A stretch of 52,656 bases of DNA from a virus. Its lineage: Duplodnaviria > Caudoviricetes. Each line of letters opens with the position of its first letter. Position 1 is the stretch's first letter. A model generated the notes under the pieces. It was not told where the DNA came from, made no database searches, and saw nothing but the letters and a program-made list of their open reading frames with translations. The stretch lies in the IMG/VR virus record IMGVR_UViG_3300011335_000305, positions 1-52,656 of that record; one strand, 5' to 3'. Both the position numbers and the translations under genes were made by a program. Shown here one piece after another: positions 1 through 9,338 of the stretch.

Positions 1-485
1 TTTGCAGATAAAGCACCGGGACCAAAAGCGCTATTACTACCTACAGCACCACCTCCACGACCAACAGTAAGACCATAAACAGTTAAGTCAGTACCAGAGT
101 ATAAAAGGTTGGCTGAGTCTGTTAGTAACCCGTCAGTTGTAGCGTAAGCAACACGACCAGAAGTTAATGCGGCTGAACTTAGATTAACAGACCGCTCACT
201 AGGATAAGTTAGGAATACGTTCTGTGAACCAGTACTAAAGTTAGTTAAAGAGCCAGCATTAGAGGAGGAAAGAACCGTGGTACGGGCTAATGTTCCAGAC
301 GAGTAAGTACCAATACCTACTTCCCAGTTTGCGCCATTTTGGTCAGCTATAGCGTAGTAACAAGTATTGCCGTTGCCTACCGTGCTAAATGCTTGGTAGC
401 CTGTAACTGCGCCTAATAACGTAATCGTACCTGTACCGGGAGAAGTACAGGTCTCTAGAACTCTGTCCTTTAATACTAATGCCAT
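1..485 (-). CDS. Tail fibre-like protein, N-terminal part (runs off window)
   Basis: ATG at 485 with GGAG SD; reads MALVLKDRVLETCTSPGTGTITL...WEVGIGTY, a common phage tail fibre N-terminus; open to the window edge. Confidence 0.7.
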   Translation of the reverse strand, partial: MALVLKDRVLETCTSPGTGTITLLGAVTGYQAFSTVGNGNTCYYAIADQNGANWEVGIGTYSSGTLARTTVLSSSNAGSLTNFSTGSQNVFLTYPSERSVNLSSAALTSGRVAYATTDGLLTDSANLLYSGTDLTVYGLTVGRGGGAVGSNSAFGPGALSA

Positions 486-498
486 GATTGGCTCCTAA

Positions 499-1107
499 TT
501 ACGAAGTTGCGGTTGTGCTGTAAGTTACAGATACTGTATCGCCAGCTGTCGTTGCTTTAGCTGTACTAAAATTACCTTCGGAATAAAGCGTACCAGCAGT
601 TGAGCTTTGTGTACTAACAGCGCCTGTGCCTGTTACCAAGAAGCATCCGTAAACTGTTCCACCAGCGCCCGTGATTGTATAAGTAATCGCAGTTGCCGCA
701 GAGGTTGTGACGTTACTTGGAGTTGAGCCTGTAGAGGTAGACGCAGCAAATACCGCTGTTCCACGAACTGCTGAGCCACCAACTGTGTAGTTAGTAAACT
801 CTTTACCACCGCCAACCAAAGTTGTCATGGTATCTGTAGCAGCTGGAGTTAAGGTAGCATTTGTTAAACCTAAGAATGGTCCAACTGTAGTGTATGTACC
901 AGACGTTCTAAGTAGTGTATCAAGCATTAACTGCTTACCTACCGCTACGACTAGGTTAGGAAACTCTTCTTCCCACTTTAAGTTGCCAGAAGCATCACGG
1001 CACTCTACCTTATAAAACCCATCTACGCCCATTCCTTCAGGAATAGTTACGTTTGCTTGTAATGAGGCTACAGCGTTGTCACCGCAGCTTGCTTTTTCGT
1101 TTGTCAT
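499..1107 (-). CDS. Virion structural (tail-associated) protein
   Basis: 202 aa, T/G/S-rich beta-type composition, AGGAG SD, located in tail module. Confidence 0.65.
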   Translation of the reverse strand: MTNEKASCGDNAVASLQANVTIPEGMGVDGFYKVECRDASGNLKWEEEFPNLVVAVGKQLMLDTLLRTSGTYTTVGPFLGLTNATLTPAATDTMTTLVGGGKEFTNYTVGGSAVRGTAVFAASTSTGSTPSNVTTSAATAITYTITGAGGTVYGCFLVTGTGAVSTQSSTAGTLYSEGNFSTAKATTAGDTVSVTYSTTATS

Positions 1108-1115
1108 AATTACTC

Positions 1116-1547
1116 CTAAGAAATTGTTATTACTGCGGTTGTTGAGCTAGGTGTTGGGAAAGTAATTGTAAACGTACCCGTTGTTGTTTTATCTGACCCA
1201 AAATTCAAGACTGCTACTGTTGCACTCGTTGTACTATTGTAAATCAACGCACCTCTACAAGTAAAGGATGCCCCCGTCCAAACTACTGGGTCAAACGATA
1301 TGTAAGCTACGTTGTTTGTAGTATCCCCAGTAGGTGTATTTGATATGACTAACGGTTTACCGCCAGCTGTGTATCCTGTACCAACAACCTCACCTGTAGT
1401 CGTGTAAACAGCCGTAGCGTTATTTAAATCAGCGTTTGCAGTATACAAAGCAATTTTGTAAGTATAAGAAGTTCCAGTATTAAAATTAACCAATCCACTG
1501 AGAGCATCAGTCTTGAACCTCGTAGTTTGTCCTTGAACTATGGTCAC
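1116..1547 (-). CDS. Virion structural protein
   Basis: 143 aa; YKIALYT...GYTAGG...RGALIYN...FGSDKT motifs typical of small phage tail proteins. Confidence 0.7.
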   Translation of the reverse strand: MTIVQGQTTRFKTDALSGLVNFNTGTSYTYKIALYTANADLNNATAVYTTTGEVVGTGYTAGGKPLVISNTPTGDTTNNVAYISFDPVVWTGASFTCRGALIYNSTTSATVAVLNFGSDKTTTGTFTITFPTPSSTTAVITIS

Positions 1548-2485
1548 GATACAACATTCCCTTTAAGGTTTGTATTCAGCTTAGTTTGACCATCTCTGTA
1601 TGCGTCCCCACGTTCTAGACCATCGCCAAGTCGTTTAGCTAAGCCTACAGCTTCCATAAACTTCTGCTCATAATAGTTAACCATATCCTGCTCACCCTTC
1701 ATAAATATCATGGCTTCACGCATCGAACCATACAGAAGAACAGGGTCAAAGTTATCACCAAGCCAAGAAGTTCCCGTTGTATTATTAACCGCAGTCACGG
1801 CTATAGAGAACCCAGAACCAGAACCAACACCAATATTAGCTGCGTTAAAGCTTAGTGAGTCCCCTACTATGTAGAAATTACCACCATTAGTCAGAGTCAC
1901 GCCTGTAACAATACCAGCAACAATAGTTATTGTAGCTACAGCTCCTGCGCCCGAACCACCTGTTAGTGGTATGTTTGTATAGGTTCCGCTAGTGTAGTTT
2001 GTACCGCCAGTAAAAGAAGCAGTGTTAAGTAAGGTGATAATACCCTGCACAATAGAGGCTGGGTAGAAGAAATAATGCAATTCTACGGGATAGCTAGAGT
2101 CAGGAGTAGGTCCCATAATAACTGATAACTCAGTATTTAATGTGTACTGTGGACCAAACAAAGCATAGTATTTAGGCGTTCCTGTATCAGTTGCTTTAGG
2201 GTAAGCCTGTCTAATAAAGTTTACATCTTTGTTAAGTAAGTACTCGTAACCATCTGCTGTTACTACAGCCAATGAGTAAGTAGCTAAAAAGTCGTTAGGC
2301 AAAGAGAGGTATTGATTACTTGCAGTTAGCGTTCCTGTCACGTTTTTGCGTAACGAAGGGAACTGTATCATGTTAAAGATACGCTCCTCTGCCTGTTGTA
2401 CAAACGTAGGAATGCTCGATACAAAGAGCGCTTCCGTATTCTCAGCGTAGTTCTGAATTGTTTGGTACAACGTAACGTAATTCAT
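1544..2485 (-). CDS. Head-tail adaptor-like protein with Gly/Thr-rich insert
   Basis: Likely start MNYVTL at 2485 overlapping the upstream stop; FVQQAEERI, GTPKYYA, GPTPD, LLYGS motifs. Confidence 0.6.
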   Translation of the reverse strand: MNYVTLYQTIQNYAENTEALFVSSIPTFVQQAEERIFNMIQFPSLRKNVTGTLTASNQYLSLPNDFLATYSLAVVTADGYEYLLNKDVNFIRQAYPKATDTGTPKYYALFGPQYTLNTELSVIMGPTPDSSYPVELHYFFYPASIVQGIITLLNTASFTGGTNYTSGTYTNIPLTGGSGAGAVATITIVAGIVTGVTLTNGGNFYIVGDSLSFNAANIGVGSGSGFSIAVTAVNNTTGTSWLGDNFDPVLLYGSMREAMIFMKGEQDMVNYYEQKFMEAVGLAKRLGDGLERGDAYRDGQTKLNTNLKGNVVS

Positions 2486-2745
2486 TATGCCATCGGCCCT
2501 CTGCACATAAAGCCTTTAGTAGCCGCTCCTGCACCACGCATCTTAATGCCTGATGTTTTAACTTCTGTGTTTTGGCTTTTTGATACACCACCAACAGAAA
2601 TTTTAAGATCGTCCATAAAGTTAACACTTTGAGGTTTACTAACGTCTTTAGCAGTTAGTTTTTTACCCGACATAGTGTGTGGTTCTGCATAAACAGAAGC
2701 AGGTCCCACTTCTTTACCATCTTGTTTCATGCTGTATTTAGCCAT
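2485..2745 (-). CDS. Small basic hypothetical protein
   Basis: 86 aa, coupled stop/start, C-terminal RGAGAATKG motif. Confidence 0.6.
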   Translation of the reverse strand: MAKYSMKQDGKEVGPASVYAEPHTMSGKKLTAKDVSKPQSVNFMDDLKISVGGVSKSQNTEVKTSGIKMRGAGAATKGFMCRGPMA

Positions 2746-2945
2746 TATCTACCCCTTTGAGCTGCTACTTTAGCCATATTACGTCCCATAGACTTCATAG
2801 CTTCGTTAGTTTTGCCGCCTCTAAGTGAACCTTTACCACCCTTAGCACCTGACTCAATACCAACGCTAGGTCCAGAATCACCAAGGTTTTTGCCTTTAGT
2901 TTTGCCTTTTTTTGTTACGCCATCAGCGCCTGATTTATATCCCAT
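2745..2945 (-). CDS. Small basic hypothetical protein
   Basis: 66 aa K/G-rich, AGGAG SD, ADGVTKKGKTKG motif shared with neighbours. Confidence 0.6.
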   Translation of the reverse strand: MGYKSGADGVTKKGKTKGKNLGDSGPSVGIESGAKGGKGSLRGGKTNEAMKSMGRNMAKVAAQRGR

Positions 2946-2954
2946 TATACACTC

Positions 2955-3383
2955 CTATGTTGTTGAGATTGTTACACTATTTACAGTACCCGTTGCAACT
3001 AGCGCATTGGGAGTTAAAGCTCTATCAAAACTTCTAGAACCACCAACAGGGTACCAACCCCATTCAAATACTCTACTACCGCCTTCGGGATAACCACCCT
3101 CTGCTACTGTGTTGTTATCGCCATTTTCAGTCTGTAAGCCACTTGTTCCAGAAGCATAATAACTTATATCAGGTCTTGGCTCCCTTACTGCTTGTGGGTC
3201 ATTAACAGGATACATACCTAATTGTAACTGAGGCTGGTCAGGTTCCCAACACTCATTACATACTTTTATACTGACCATTCTGGTCTTAATCGTCAATTTT
3301 CTAAGTTGACTTAATTTAAACCGTTGACCACAACGATCACACTCTGCAATGCTGTGCTTACCAGAGGCAAAATTACTTGGCAT
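2955..3383 (-). CDS. Hypothetical protein with Zn-finger (CxxC...CxxC)
   Basis: ECDRCG and VCNECWEPDQPQL motifs; coupled to the upstream gene. Confidence 0.7.
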   Translation of the reverse strand: MPSNFASGKHSIAECDRCGQRFKLSQLRKLTIKTRMVSIKVCNECWEPDQPQLQLGMYPVNDPQAVREPRPDISYYASGTSGLQTENGDNNTVAEGGYPEGGSRVFEWGWYPVGGSRSFDRALTPNALVATGTVNSVTISTT

Positions 3384-4333
3384 TATCTATAGTAAAACAA
3401 GTTTCGTGGAACAAACCTAACAGGCGCAGTTTCTCTGTCTTCTTGTGAAGCTAAACCAAACTGCTCTTCGTAATCAGCTTTTAAAAATATAATGCGTTGT
3501 GGATCTGTACCTTGAATCTTTACACTCAACATATAAGATAACCCAGCTACCATACAGTTAATAAATCTAAATGGCACGTCTTGTATGTTGACACCACCTC
3601 CAGCATCTTGCATTCTACGCATACGCCAGTACACAAGCGTATAAGTTGTACCGGCAGCAGGACAAGGCCAAAGGTTTATACAAGGCAAATACTGCGCTGT
3701 AATAGCGTCTCCTATTGCGTGCGTGGCTGCTGTTGTATTATTTTGTCCCCTCCAGCAGTTTTGCAGTTGGTTTCCAATAATATTTGTGTAAGCGATAGTT
3801 TCAGAGCCAATCTTAATAAAGCCAGTTGACCTTAAATCTAAGTTAGTTATGTTGTTATTAGTTGCAGTTTTTAAAGTAATAGTCGTATCTGTTGCGCTAA
3901 TAGCTGTTTTTAACAAATATTCGGTTGTATCGCTATTGCCAGATTGACGGTTAAAGTAAATCTGTACTGGTCTACCTGTAGTTAGTTTGTTAGGGATAGT
4001 AGCGTAAGTAGGCTCAGATATACGAGAGAGATTAATATCACTTTGATTGGTTGGGCTGGCATTATCTGTACGAGTTTCTAAATCTAAGATGTCTACCGTA
4101 TCTGACGGAACAGCGTAGATTCCTTGATTTGGGTTTAAAATAATACTATTCTCTTCAACCGTCCACAAGTTAATACCACGGTTAGCCCACTCAATTAACA
4201 TTAAATTAAGCGACCTTCTAGCGGTTTTTAAGTCATAACCAGTACGAGACTGTGAACCACAGCGTTCAAATGCTTCCTCAACCATTTCTACTAAGTCAAG
4301 GTTAAATGCGCTAGTTCCTGACGTAAGTGCCAT
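3383..4333 (-). CDS. Head-tail adaptor / tail tubular-like protein
   Basis: 316 aa; EEAFERCG...GYDLKTARRSLN...WANRG.NLW and DVPFRF motifs; position after the capsid module. Confidence 0.65.
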   Translation of the reverse strand: MALTSGTSAFNLDLVEMVEEAFERCGSQSRTGYDLKTARRSLNLMLIEWANRGINLWTVEENSIILNPNQGIYAVPSDTVDILDLETRTDNASPTNQSDINLSRISEPTYATIPNKLTTGRPVQIYFNRQSGNSDTTEYLLKTAISATDTTITLKTATNNNITNLDLRSTGFIKIGSETIAYTNIIGNQLQNCWRGQNNTTAATHAIGDAITAQYLPCINLWPCPAAGTTYTLVYWRMRRMQDAGGGVNIQDVPFRFINCMVAGLSYMLSVKIQGTDPQRIIFLKADYEEQFGLASQEDRETAPVRFVPRNLFYYR

Positions 4334-4668
4334 TACTTCCTCTTTTTAGCCGTTTTTGCTGAATTGACGAAATCCATTGCGGAGGGGGCACCTTTGGCTC
4401 CAACCTTCCGCATTTTTTCACCAGAACCAGCAGCAATCCTTTTACGTTTTGCATTAATATTTTCATATAAGCCACCGGTTTTCATATAACCCATTTTGTT
4501 ACGAACATCCGTGGGTAATTTAGATAAACCCTTACTATCTTCTGGCACTTCTTTCAACTCACCACCTTTGGCAAATTGAGTAAAGTCGGTGTTATCTCTA
4601 CGGGTTTTTTTCTTAGCACTTGGCATTTTGCTAGGGTTTATTGCGCCCATTCCACGAGAGGCTTTCAT
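4333..4668 (-). CDS. Small basic GG-motif protein
   Basis: 111 aa; FAKGG and MKTGG motifs; GLYENINAKRKRIAAGSGEKMRK segment. Confidence 0.65.
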   Translation of the reverse strand: MKASRGMGAINPSKMPSAKKKTRRDNTDFTQFAKGGELKEVPEDSKGLSKLPTDVRNKMGYMKTGGLYENINAKRKRIAAGSGEKMRKVGAKGAPSAMDFVNSAKTAKKRK

Positions 4669-5306
4669 TAACAGTACCTTCCACCTTTAGACATTTTAAT
4701 CATTGTGCCTTTAGTTTTGCCTTTAGTAGCAACTCCATCTGCTGCTTTATGCCCAGCAGCTAGTCCACCGCCAGCCATTTTGTGCATCATTCCACCCTTT
4801 TTGAGAGTAGTTAAGCTAGTTTTTTTACCACCATGCTGTTGTTTATCGTGCATACCAACAGCTTTTTTAATCATCTTTTTGTCTTGAGCCATATCTGATT
4901 TAGCCATTCCACCCATAGCCATTTTAGCCATGCCGCCTTTTTTCATAGGCATTGCAGGAGTGCCGGGCTGTGCAGTTCCAGCTTGCATCATCTGGTTATC
5001 CATTCCCATACGACCACCTACTGGCATCATTGGTTTTCTTTTAGCTGTCATCATTTTTGGGTTCATTTTAGAAGCCATAGTATCACCACCTTTATTGAAT
5101 AATGTTAATTTACCATGATTTGTTTTAGGATTATTTGCCTTTTGTAAATCAGGTCTTGATTGTTGACCACCTTTAAATTTTATTCCTTTATCTGCTTGCA
5201 TAAAATCTTCACCTACAGATTTAGGAACTCCTGCTTTTTTAGCAAATGAAGCGTTGTTAGCTACAGCTGCCATAAAATTATGTTGTTCTTTAGATTTGCT
5301 TGGCAT
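4668..5306 (-). CDS. Met/Lys/Gly-rich GG-motif protein
   Basis: Likely start MPSKSKEQHNFMAA at 5306; multiple MxxGG repeats. Confidence 0.65.
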   Translation of the reverse strand: MPSKSKEQHNFMAAVANNASFAKKAGVPKSVGEDFMQADKGIKFKGGQQSRPDLQKANNPKTNHGKLTLFNKGGDTMASKMNPKMMTAKRKPMMPVGGRMGMDNQMMQAGTAQPGTPAMPMKKGGMAKMAMGGMAKSDMAQDKKMIKKAVGMHDKQQHGGKKTSLTTLKKGGMMHKMAGGGLAAGHKAADGVATKGKTKGTMIKMSKGGRYC

Positions 5307-5797
5307 TATAAACACTTTCCTTTTGTATGCCCTTTAACAGCTATACCGTCAGCTCGTTTAGAGGCCTTTGATCTAACAGTGCCACCTTTTTTAAATGAAC
5401 CGCTATATCCTACCTGAAACCGTGGAGCTCCTCTGCCACCTATTGGTTTTGTAACTCCAGCTCTAAAACCATCTTTTTCATAATTTACGTCAGCAGCTGC
5501 TAATTTATTTATTTTACCCTGTGGTGTATCTATACTAATTCCTGTTCCACCAAAATCTATAGCACCATCTTCTAGTTTCTTTTTAAATCCTAATCTACCA
5601 ACCATTCCTTTTGGTGCTGACATTCCACTTTCTGGTGGTGGAGCTTGCATAGATCCGCCAGATAAAGAAAAAGGTGATTCACTTTTTGGATATTGTGATA
5701 CTTCATCTTTAGACAATCTTTTTAAATACGCCCTGTCCTCATCTTCCCCAGCGTCTAAGATTGCCTCTCTAACAAATTTTGTTAACCCATCAGGCAC
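5306..5797 (-). CDS. Hypothetical GG-motif protein
   Basis: 163 aa ending FKKGG...ASKRADGIAVKGHTKG. Confidence 0.6.
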   Translation of the reverse strand: MPDGLTKFVREAILDAGEDEDRAYLKRLSKDEVSQYPKSESPFSLSGGSMQAPPPESGMSAPKGMVGRLGFKKKLEDGAIDFGGTGISIDTPQGKINKLAAADVNYEKDGFRAGVTKPIGGRGAPRFQVGYSGSFKKGGTVRSKASKRADGIAVKGHTKGKCL

Positions 5798-6083
5798 GAG
5801 TAAATCCTTTTTTAGCTATGCCGTCTGCACGTTTAGATGCTGAAGAACGAGCCATTCCACCTTTTTTCATGCCGGGCACTCTAAATTGCGTAGGCTGATT
5901 GGTTACTTGAGGTTTTTGCACATTTTGCATATCAGCTAATTGTTTTTTGTAATCATCCCGTTCTTTTTCAGCACTAGCTAAACTAGCAGCATCATTTGTA
6001 TTGTTTGTAACCCTATCAAGTGCATCATTAATAGTAGGTCCCAAAACAGGGCTAAGTATATTTATTAGGTCTTTACGTCCCAT
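5790..6083 (-). CDS. Hypothetical GG-motif protein
   Basis: 97 aa ending MKKGG...ASKRADGIAKKGFTRA. Confidence 0.6.
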   Translation of the reverse strand: MGRKDLINILSPVLGPTINDALDRVTNNTNDAASLASAEKERDDYKKQLADMQNVQKPQVTNQPTQFRVPGMKKGGMARSSASKRADGIAKKGFTRA

Positions 6084-6088
6084 TTTGC

Positions 6089-6331
6089 TTACCTCGAAAT
6101 AAGTTGATCAATTTTGTTTTCAAGCTTGTTAAACCTTGCGTCAATGTGTTCAACAATCCGGTCAACTTCTGCTTTAGTGACGTTATCACGGGCTACCTCT
6201 TCTCTTGTTTTGTTTAGTAGAATGCTTATTCTGGCTAATTCATTAAACTTTTCATGCATCATATACCCAATTACTGCTATTAGTATAGTCAGTCCGCCTG
6301 TCCAGAGTTCCATCATGTTTAGCATTTCCAT
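6089..6331 (-). CDS. Small membrane protein (one TM helix plus coiled coil)
   Basis: Hydrophobic LWTGGLTILIAVIGY followed by a heptad-rich segment. Confidence 0.55.
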   Translation of the reverse strand: MEMLNMMELWTGGLTILIAVIGYMMHEKFNELARISILLNKTREEVARDNVTKAEVDRIVEHIDARFNKLENKIDQLISR

Positions 6332-6576
6332 CTCTTTAGACTTGCAGCCTTCCTAGTTGGTTTGCCGTTCTCGTCTTTCATTGGTCCGGGCATCCCTGAC
6401 ATCCTAGCGCAGAATGAACGCTTTCTTGCGCCACCTTGTGGTTGCGGAGCCTTTAGATTAGACCCCGTAGCCGCATTATACTTAGCTCTACCTTTGGCAG
6501 TAAGACCCGCCCCTTGAGACACCGGTAGCTTCTCACCCCTACCAATAGCCAGAGACGGACCTTTTTTCTTAGCCAT
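6319..6576 (-). CDS. Conserved small basic phage protein (DUF6321-like)
   Basis: AGLTAKGRAKYN...RKRSFCARM...SLKRWKC signature. Confidence 0.7.
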   Translation of the reverse strand: MAKKKGPSLAIGRGEKLPVSQGAGLTAKGRAKYNAATGSNLKAPQPQGGARKRSFCARMSGMPGPMKDENGKPTRKAASLKRWKC

Positions 6577-6868
6577 AGAACACCGTTATTCCAGTTATAG
6601 AACCAACACTTAAAGTTAAATACAGTCCAGCTTTTGCCACAATCCCTTGACCGGGAATTAAAATACAAGTTGTGTTTGGTGTGCCAAGACTTGCTATGTC
6701 CATTGTAAAAAGAACAGGGCCTGTGGCGCTTTCGGTGCGTATTTCAAAAGTGGCAGCTGTACTAGCTTTAGGGGCAACAATAATCCCTTTTAACCTTGTT
6801 CGGTTACTTGCATAAAGAGTACCCGCAGCACTAAGATGCGCTGATAAAACATCGGTTTGCATACCCAT
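6569..6868 (-). CDS. Small virion protein
   Basis: 99 aa beta-rich, AGGAG SD, ends TVFYG. Confidence 0.6.
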   Translation of the reverse strand: MGMQTDVLSAHLSAAGTLYASNRTRLKGIIVAPKASTAATFEIRTESATGPVLFTMDIASLGTPNTTCILIPGQGIVAKAGLYLTLSVGSITGITVFYG

Positions 6869-6880
6869 AATTAATCTCCT

Positions 6881-6903
6881 AAAATAAAAGGGGGCGAACC
6901 CCC
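6881..6903 (-). terminator. Rho-independent terminator
   Basis: Minus strand GGGGG-TTCG-CCCCC then TTTTATTTT right after the 6911 stop. Confidence 0.7.
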
Positions 6904-6910
6904 AGATTAA

Positions 6911-7396
6911 TTAAACCTGACTTGGATTAGCGTTACCGTCAGAATCACGAACTACATAAGTCATAGTTAAGATACCAGCACCTGAAGTAGCTGTTACGTT
7001 AGCTTGAGTAAATGTAATAATCGCATCGCCTGTACCTACGTTAGCGCAAAGCACTGCACCAGCTGCGTTGTTATTACCAAGCAACAAGTTAACAATACCT
7101 GTGTTAGTAAATACGCTACCGTTAGCTGCGGTGTTAATAGCTGTACCATTTACAAGTAAAGCGTATGTAGGCGTAGTTGTTGCGTAAGCAACAGTTGTAT
7201 TAAACGAAGCAGATAAAATTTGTGAGCCAGCTGGGATTGTAAATGCGTATGTTCCAGCAGTAATGTCTGTGTAAAGAACCGCAACAGATTGAGCAACTAT
7301 AGTATTGCCCATATTGCGTAATGTTCCAGCAGTTGTGCCGGTAGTGTTTTTAACGGTACCTAATAGCCAAGGACCTAAGTGCGAAGCGAAACCCAT
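6911..7396 (-). CDS. Virion / head decoration-like protein
   Basis: 161 aa T/A/G-rich, immediately downstream of the major capsid gene. Confidence 0.6.
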   Translation of the reverse strand: MGFASHLGPWLLGTVKNTTGTTAGTLRNMGNTIVAQSVAVLYTDITAGTYAFTIPAGSQILSASFNTTVAYATTTPTYALLVNGTAINTAANGSVFTNTGIVNLLLGNNNAAGAVLCANVGTGDAIITFTQANVTATSGAGILTMTYVVRDSDGNANPSQV

Positions 7397-7402
7397 GAGG
7401 AT

Positions 7403-7478
7403 TCTCCTATATACAAGTTAAGCCTATTAATCGGTATATCGTCTGCTGGGGCAGTTTAATAAGCTGGAATTACCCAGA
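7403..7478 (-). ncRNA. Pseudoknotted cis element, probably the Mu-gpT-DE RNA motif
   Basis: Interlocking pairings CTGGG/CCCAG, GCTTATTAA/TTAATAGGC and TATAC/GTATA abutting the SD; lies downstream of a Mu gpT-like capsid gene. Confidence 0.6.
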
Positions 7479-7484
7479 TAATTA

Positions 7485-7512
7485 ATCATACTACATTTTA
7501 CAAATTGTGCAA
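7485..7512 (-). promoter_or_regulatory. Sigma70-like promoter
   Basis: TTGCAC-N16-TATGAT just after the capsid terminator. Confidence 0.5.
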
Positions 7513-7522
7513 CATATTTAAT

Positions 7523-7548
7523 AAAAAACCCCGCCTTGTGAGCGGGGT
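7523..7548 (-). terminator. Rho-independent terminator after major capsid gene
   Basis: Minus strand ACCCCGC-TCACAAG-GCGGGGT followed by TTTTT. Confidence 0.85.
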
Positions 7549-7561
7549 CTTCATAAAACCA

Positions 7562-8470
7562 TTAAGCTCCGGGGCTACCGTACATGCCTAATGGGTCTGA
7601 CCAACCGAATGAATAACGCTCACGAGACTTGTAACGGACGTTACCAGTATCAAAGTCGCCATCCATAGAATTGGATAGTGGGGTACGAACAAAGTGCTTC
7701 ATACCGTTAGGTACATCAGTACACAAATACCAACCGTTTGTATCGGTTAGGAAGTGGTTAATGGTGTAGCCTTCAGGAATAGAGCCGTTGTTCTTCAACG
7801 CATTGAGGTCGTTATCAGTTGTACCAATACGAAGTTCAGTCTCTAACAAACGAGTAGCTACGAACTGTAGTGCAGGTGGAACAACTAATTTACGAGGCTT
7901 AGCGGCAATTAATAGACCACGCTCATCAGTCCATGCTGCAATTTGAATAACTGCGTTTTCCAACGAAGTTTCATTCAAGTCAGCTGCGACAGTAGGAGTG
8001 TTGCCGTTAGTTGAGCCGTTAATAAGCGGATGAGATGTGCTGAATAAAGCAACGCCATCACCACCGGGATAAGCGGCAGAGAATCCGTTGTTAATTACAG
8101 CAGCAGCTTTAACCTGCTTAGTATAAGACATCGCACGAGCCAGACCTTTAGTATAGCGAGCTGATAGGCTATCGTAGAGGTTGTCTTCGATTGCTTCTTC
8201 AGTCAAGCTAAAGCCAAGGGCGATAGTTTCGTGATTGTAGCGAGCTGTCCAAGCTTCTTGCGCATTGTCATAAGCAATTGCAGAACCTTCGTTCTTAACC
8301 GGAGCGGCTGAGAACCCAGACAGTTTTGTTTCTTCTTCAAAAGAACGCTCAGAGGTTTCTGTTTCGTAAATCTCTTTGTGTTCTTCACCGTAGCGAGCAT
8401 ACTCCAAACCAAACAATGCGTTCAATCCGGGAAGGAGCTCTTTAAGTAGTTGTGCACGAGAAATAGCCAT
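7562..8470 (-). CDS. Major capsid protein (Mu gpT-like family)
   Basis: MAISRAQLLKELLPGLNALFGLEY N-terminus and RYKSRERYSFGWSDP C-terminus; strong SD; followed by a terminator. Confidence 0.92.
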   Translation of the reverse strand: MAISRAQLLKELLPGLNALFGLEYARYGEEHKEIYETETSERSFEEETKLSGFSAAPVKNEGSAIAYDNAQEAWTARYNHETIALGFSLTEEAIEDNLYDSLSARYTKGLARAMSYTKQVKAAAVINNGFSAAYPGGDGVALFSTSHPLINGSTNGNTPTVAADLNETSLENAVIQIAAWTDERGLLIAAKPRKLVVPPALQFVATRLLETELRIGTTDNDLNALKNNGSIPEGYTINHFLTDTNGWYLCTDVPNGMKHFVRTPLSNSMDGDFDTGNVRYKSRERYSFGWSDPLGMYGSPGA

Positions 8471-8482
8471 TTAATTGCTCCT

Positions 8483-9313
8483 TTAAGCTATGTTGTAACG
8501 ATGGACACCGAAGTTATATTTAACTATAGCTTCAGGAGTTTCAACTAATACAACAGTGCCAGCTACTTGCGTTGCTACAGCAGTAACAGTTAAAGTTGTA
8601 CTTCCGGTTGTTGTAACGGTTGATGCGGCACTTAATGTAGAACCAGTAAACTGCAACTGACCATTAACTAAGTTAAACACATCAGTACCAATAGGTAAGA
8701 ATGTACCAACAGGTAAGCCAGACACAACAACAGAAGTTGCTGCGGGGGCTCCACCGGATACATAAGTTCCTGAAACGCTGACTTGCGTATCTGGTACTAA
8801 ACTAATAACACGGAATCCAGCAGTTGATGCGCCAGCAGCAGAAGCTCCTAGAACAGACATACTTGAATTACCGGTAGTAGTTGAACCAGTTTGCGTTCCA
8901 CCAACGATATTTGCGCCAACTAAAATAGAAGACACAGAACCGATAGTTGTTCCGCCAGCTGTGGTTGTAGCCGCAACTCGCATTAGAACATCTGGGTCAT
9001 CAGAAACAATCGCAGTAATATCGCCAGCTAATACATTGCCGGGATAGTATTGTGCAAACTGACGCTGTTTGTTGGTAGGGTTAGTATAGTAACAACCTAA
9101 GAAAGTTCCAACTGTTGTATTAGTTGAATTAACTGGGTAAGTTGTTAACGTAGCATAACCAGCGGTTAATGATACTGAATCACCGTAAAAAATAGTAGTG
9201 CCATAGTTATATTGAATCGGAAAATTTCTAGTCGACCCAACAAAAACTTGACCACCAATAAGATTCACGGGCTTTAGCCCATAAGGGGCTGATACTGTAG
9301 GATACGCAGCCAT
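8483..9313 (-). CDS. Capsid cement / decoration-like protein
   Basis: APYGLKPV...IFYGD...GTFLGCYY...SDDPD motifs; directly upstream of the capsid gene. Confidence 0.65.
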   Translation of the reverse strand: MAAYPTVSAPYGLKPVNLIGGQVFVGSTRNFPIQYNYGTTIFYGDSVSLTAGYATLTTYPVNSTNTTVGTFLGCYYTNPTNKQRQFAQYYPGNVLAGDITAIVSDDPDVLMRVAATTTAGGTTIGSVSSILVGANIVGGTQTGSTTTGNSSMSVLGASAAGASTAGFRVISLVPDTQVSVSGTYVSGGAPAATSVVVSGLPVGTFLPIGTDVFNLVNGQLQFTGSTLSAASTVTTTGSTTLTVTAVATQVAGTVVLVETPEAIVKYNFGVHRYNIA

Positions 9314-9338
9314 TTAAATCTCCATTAAAAAGTTAAGT

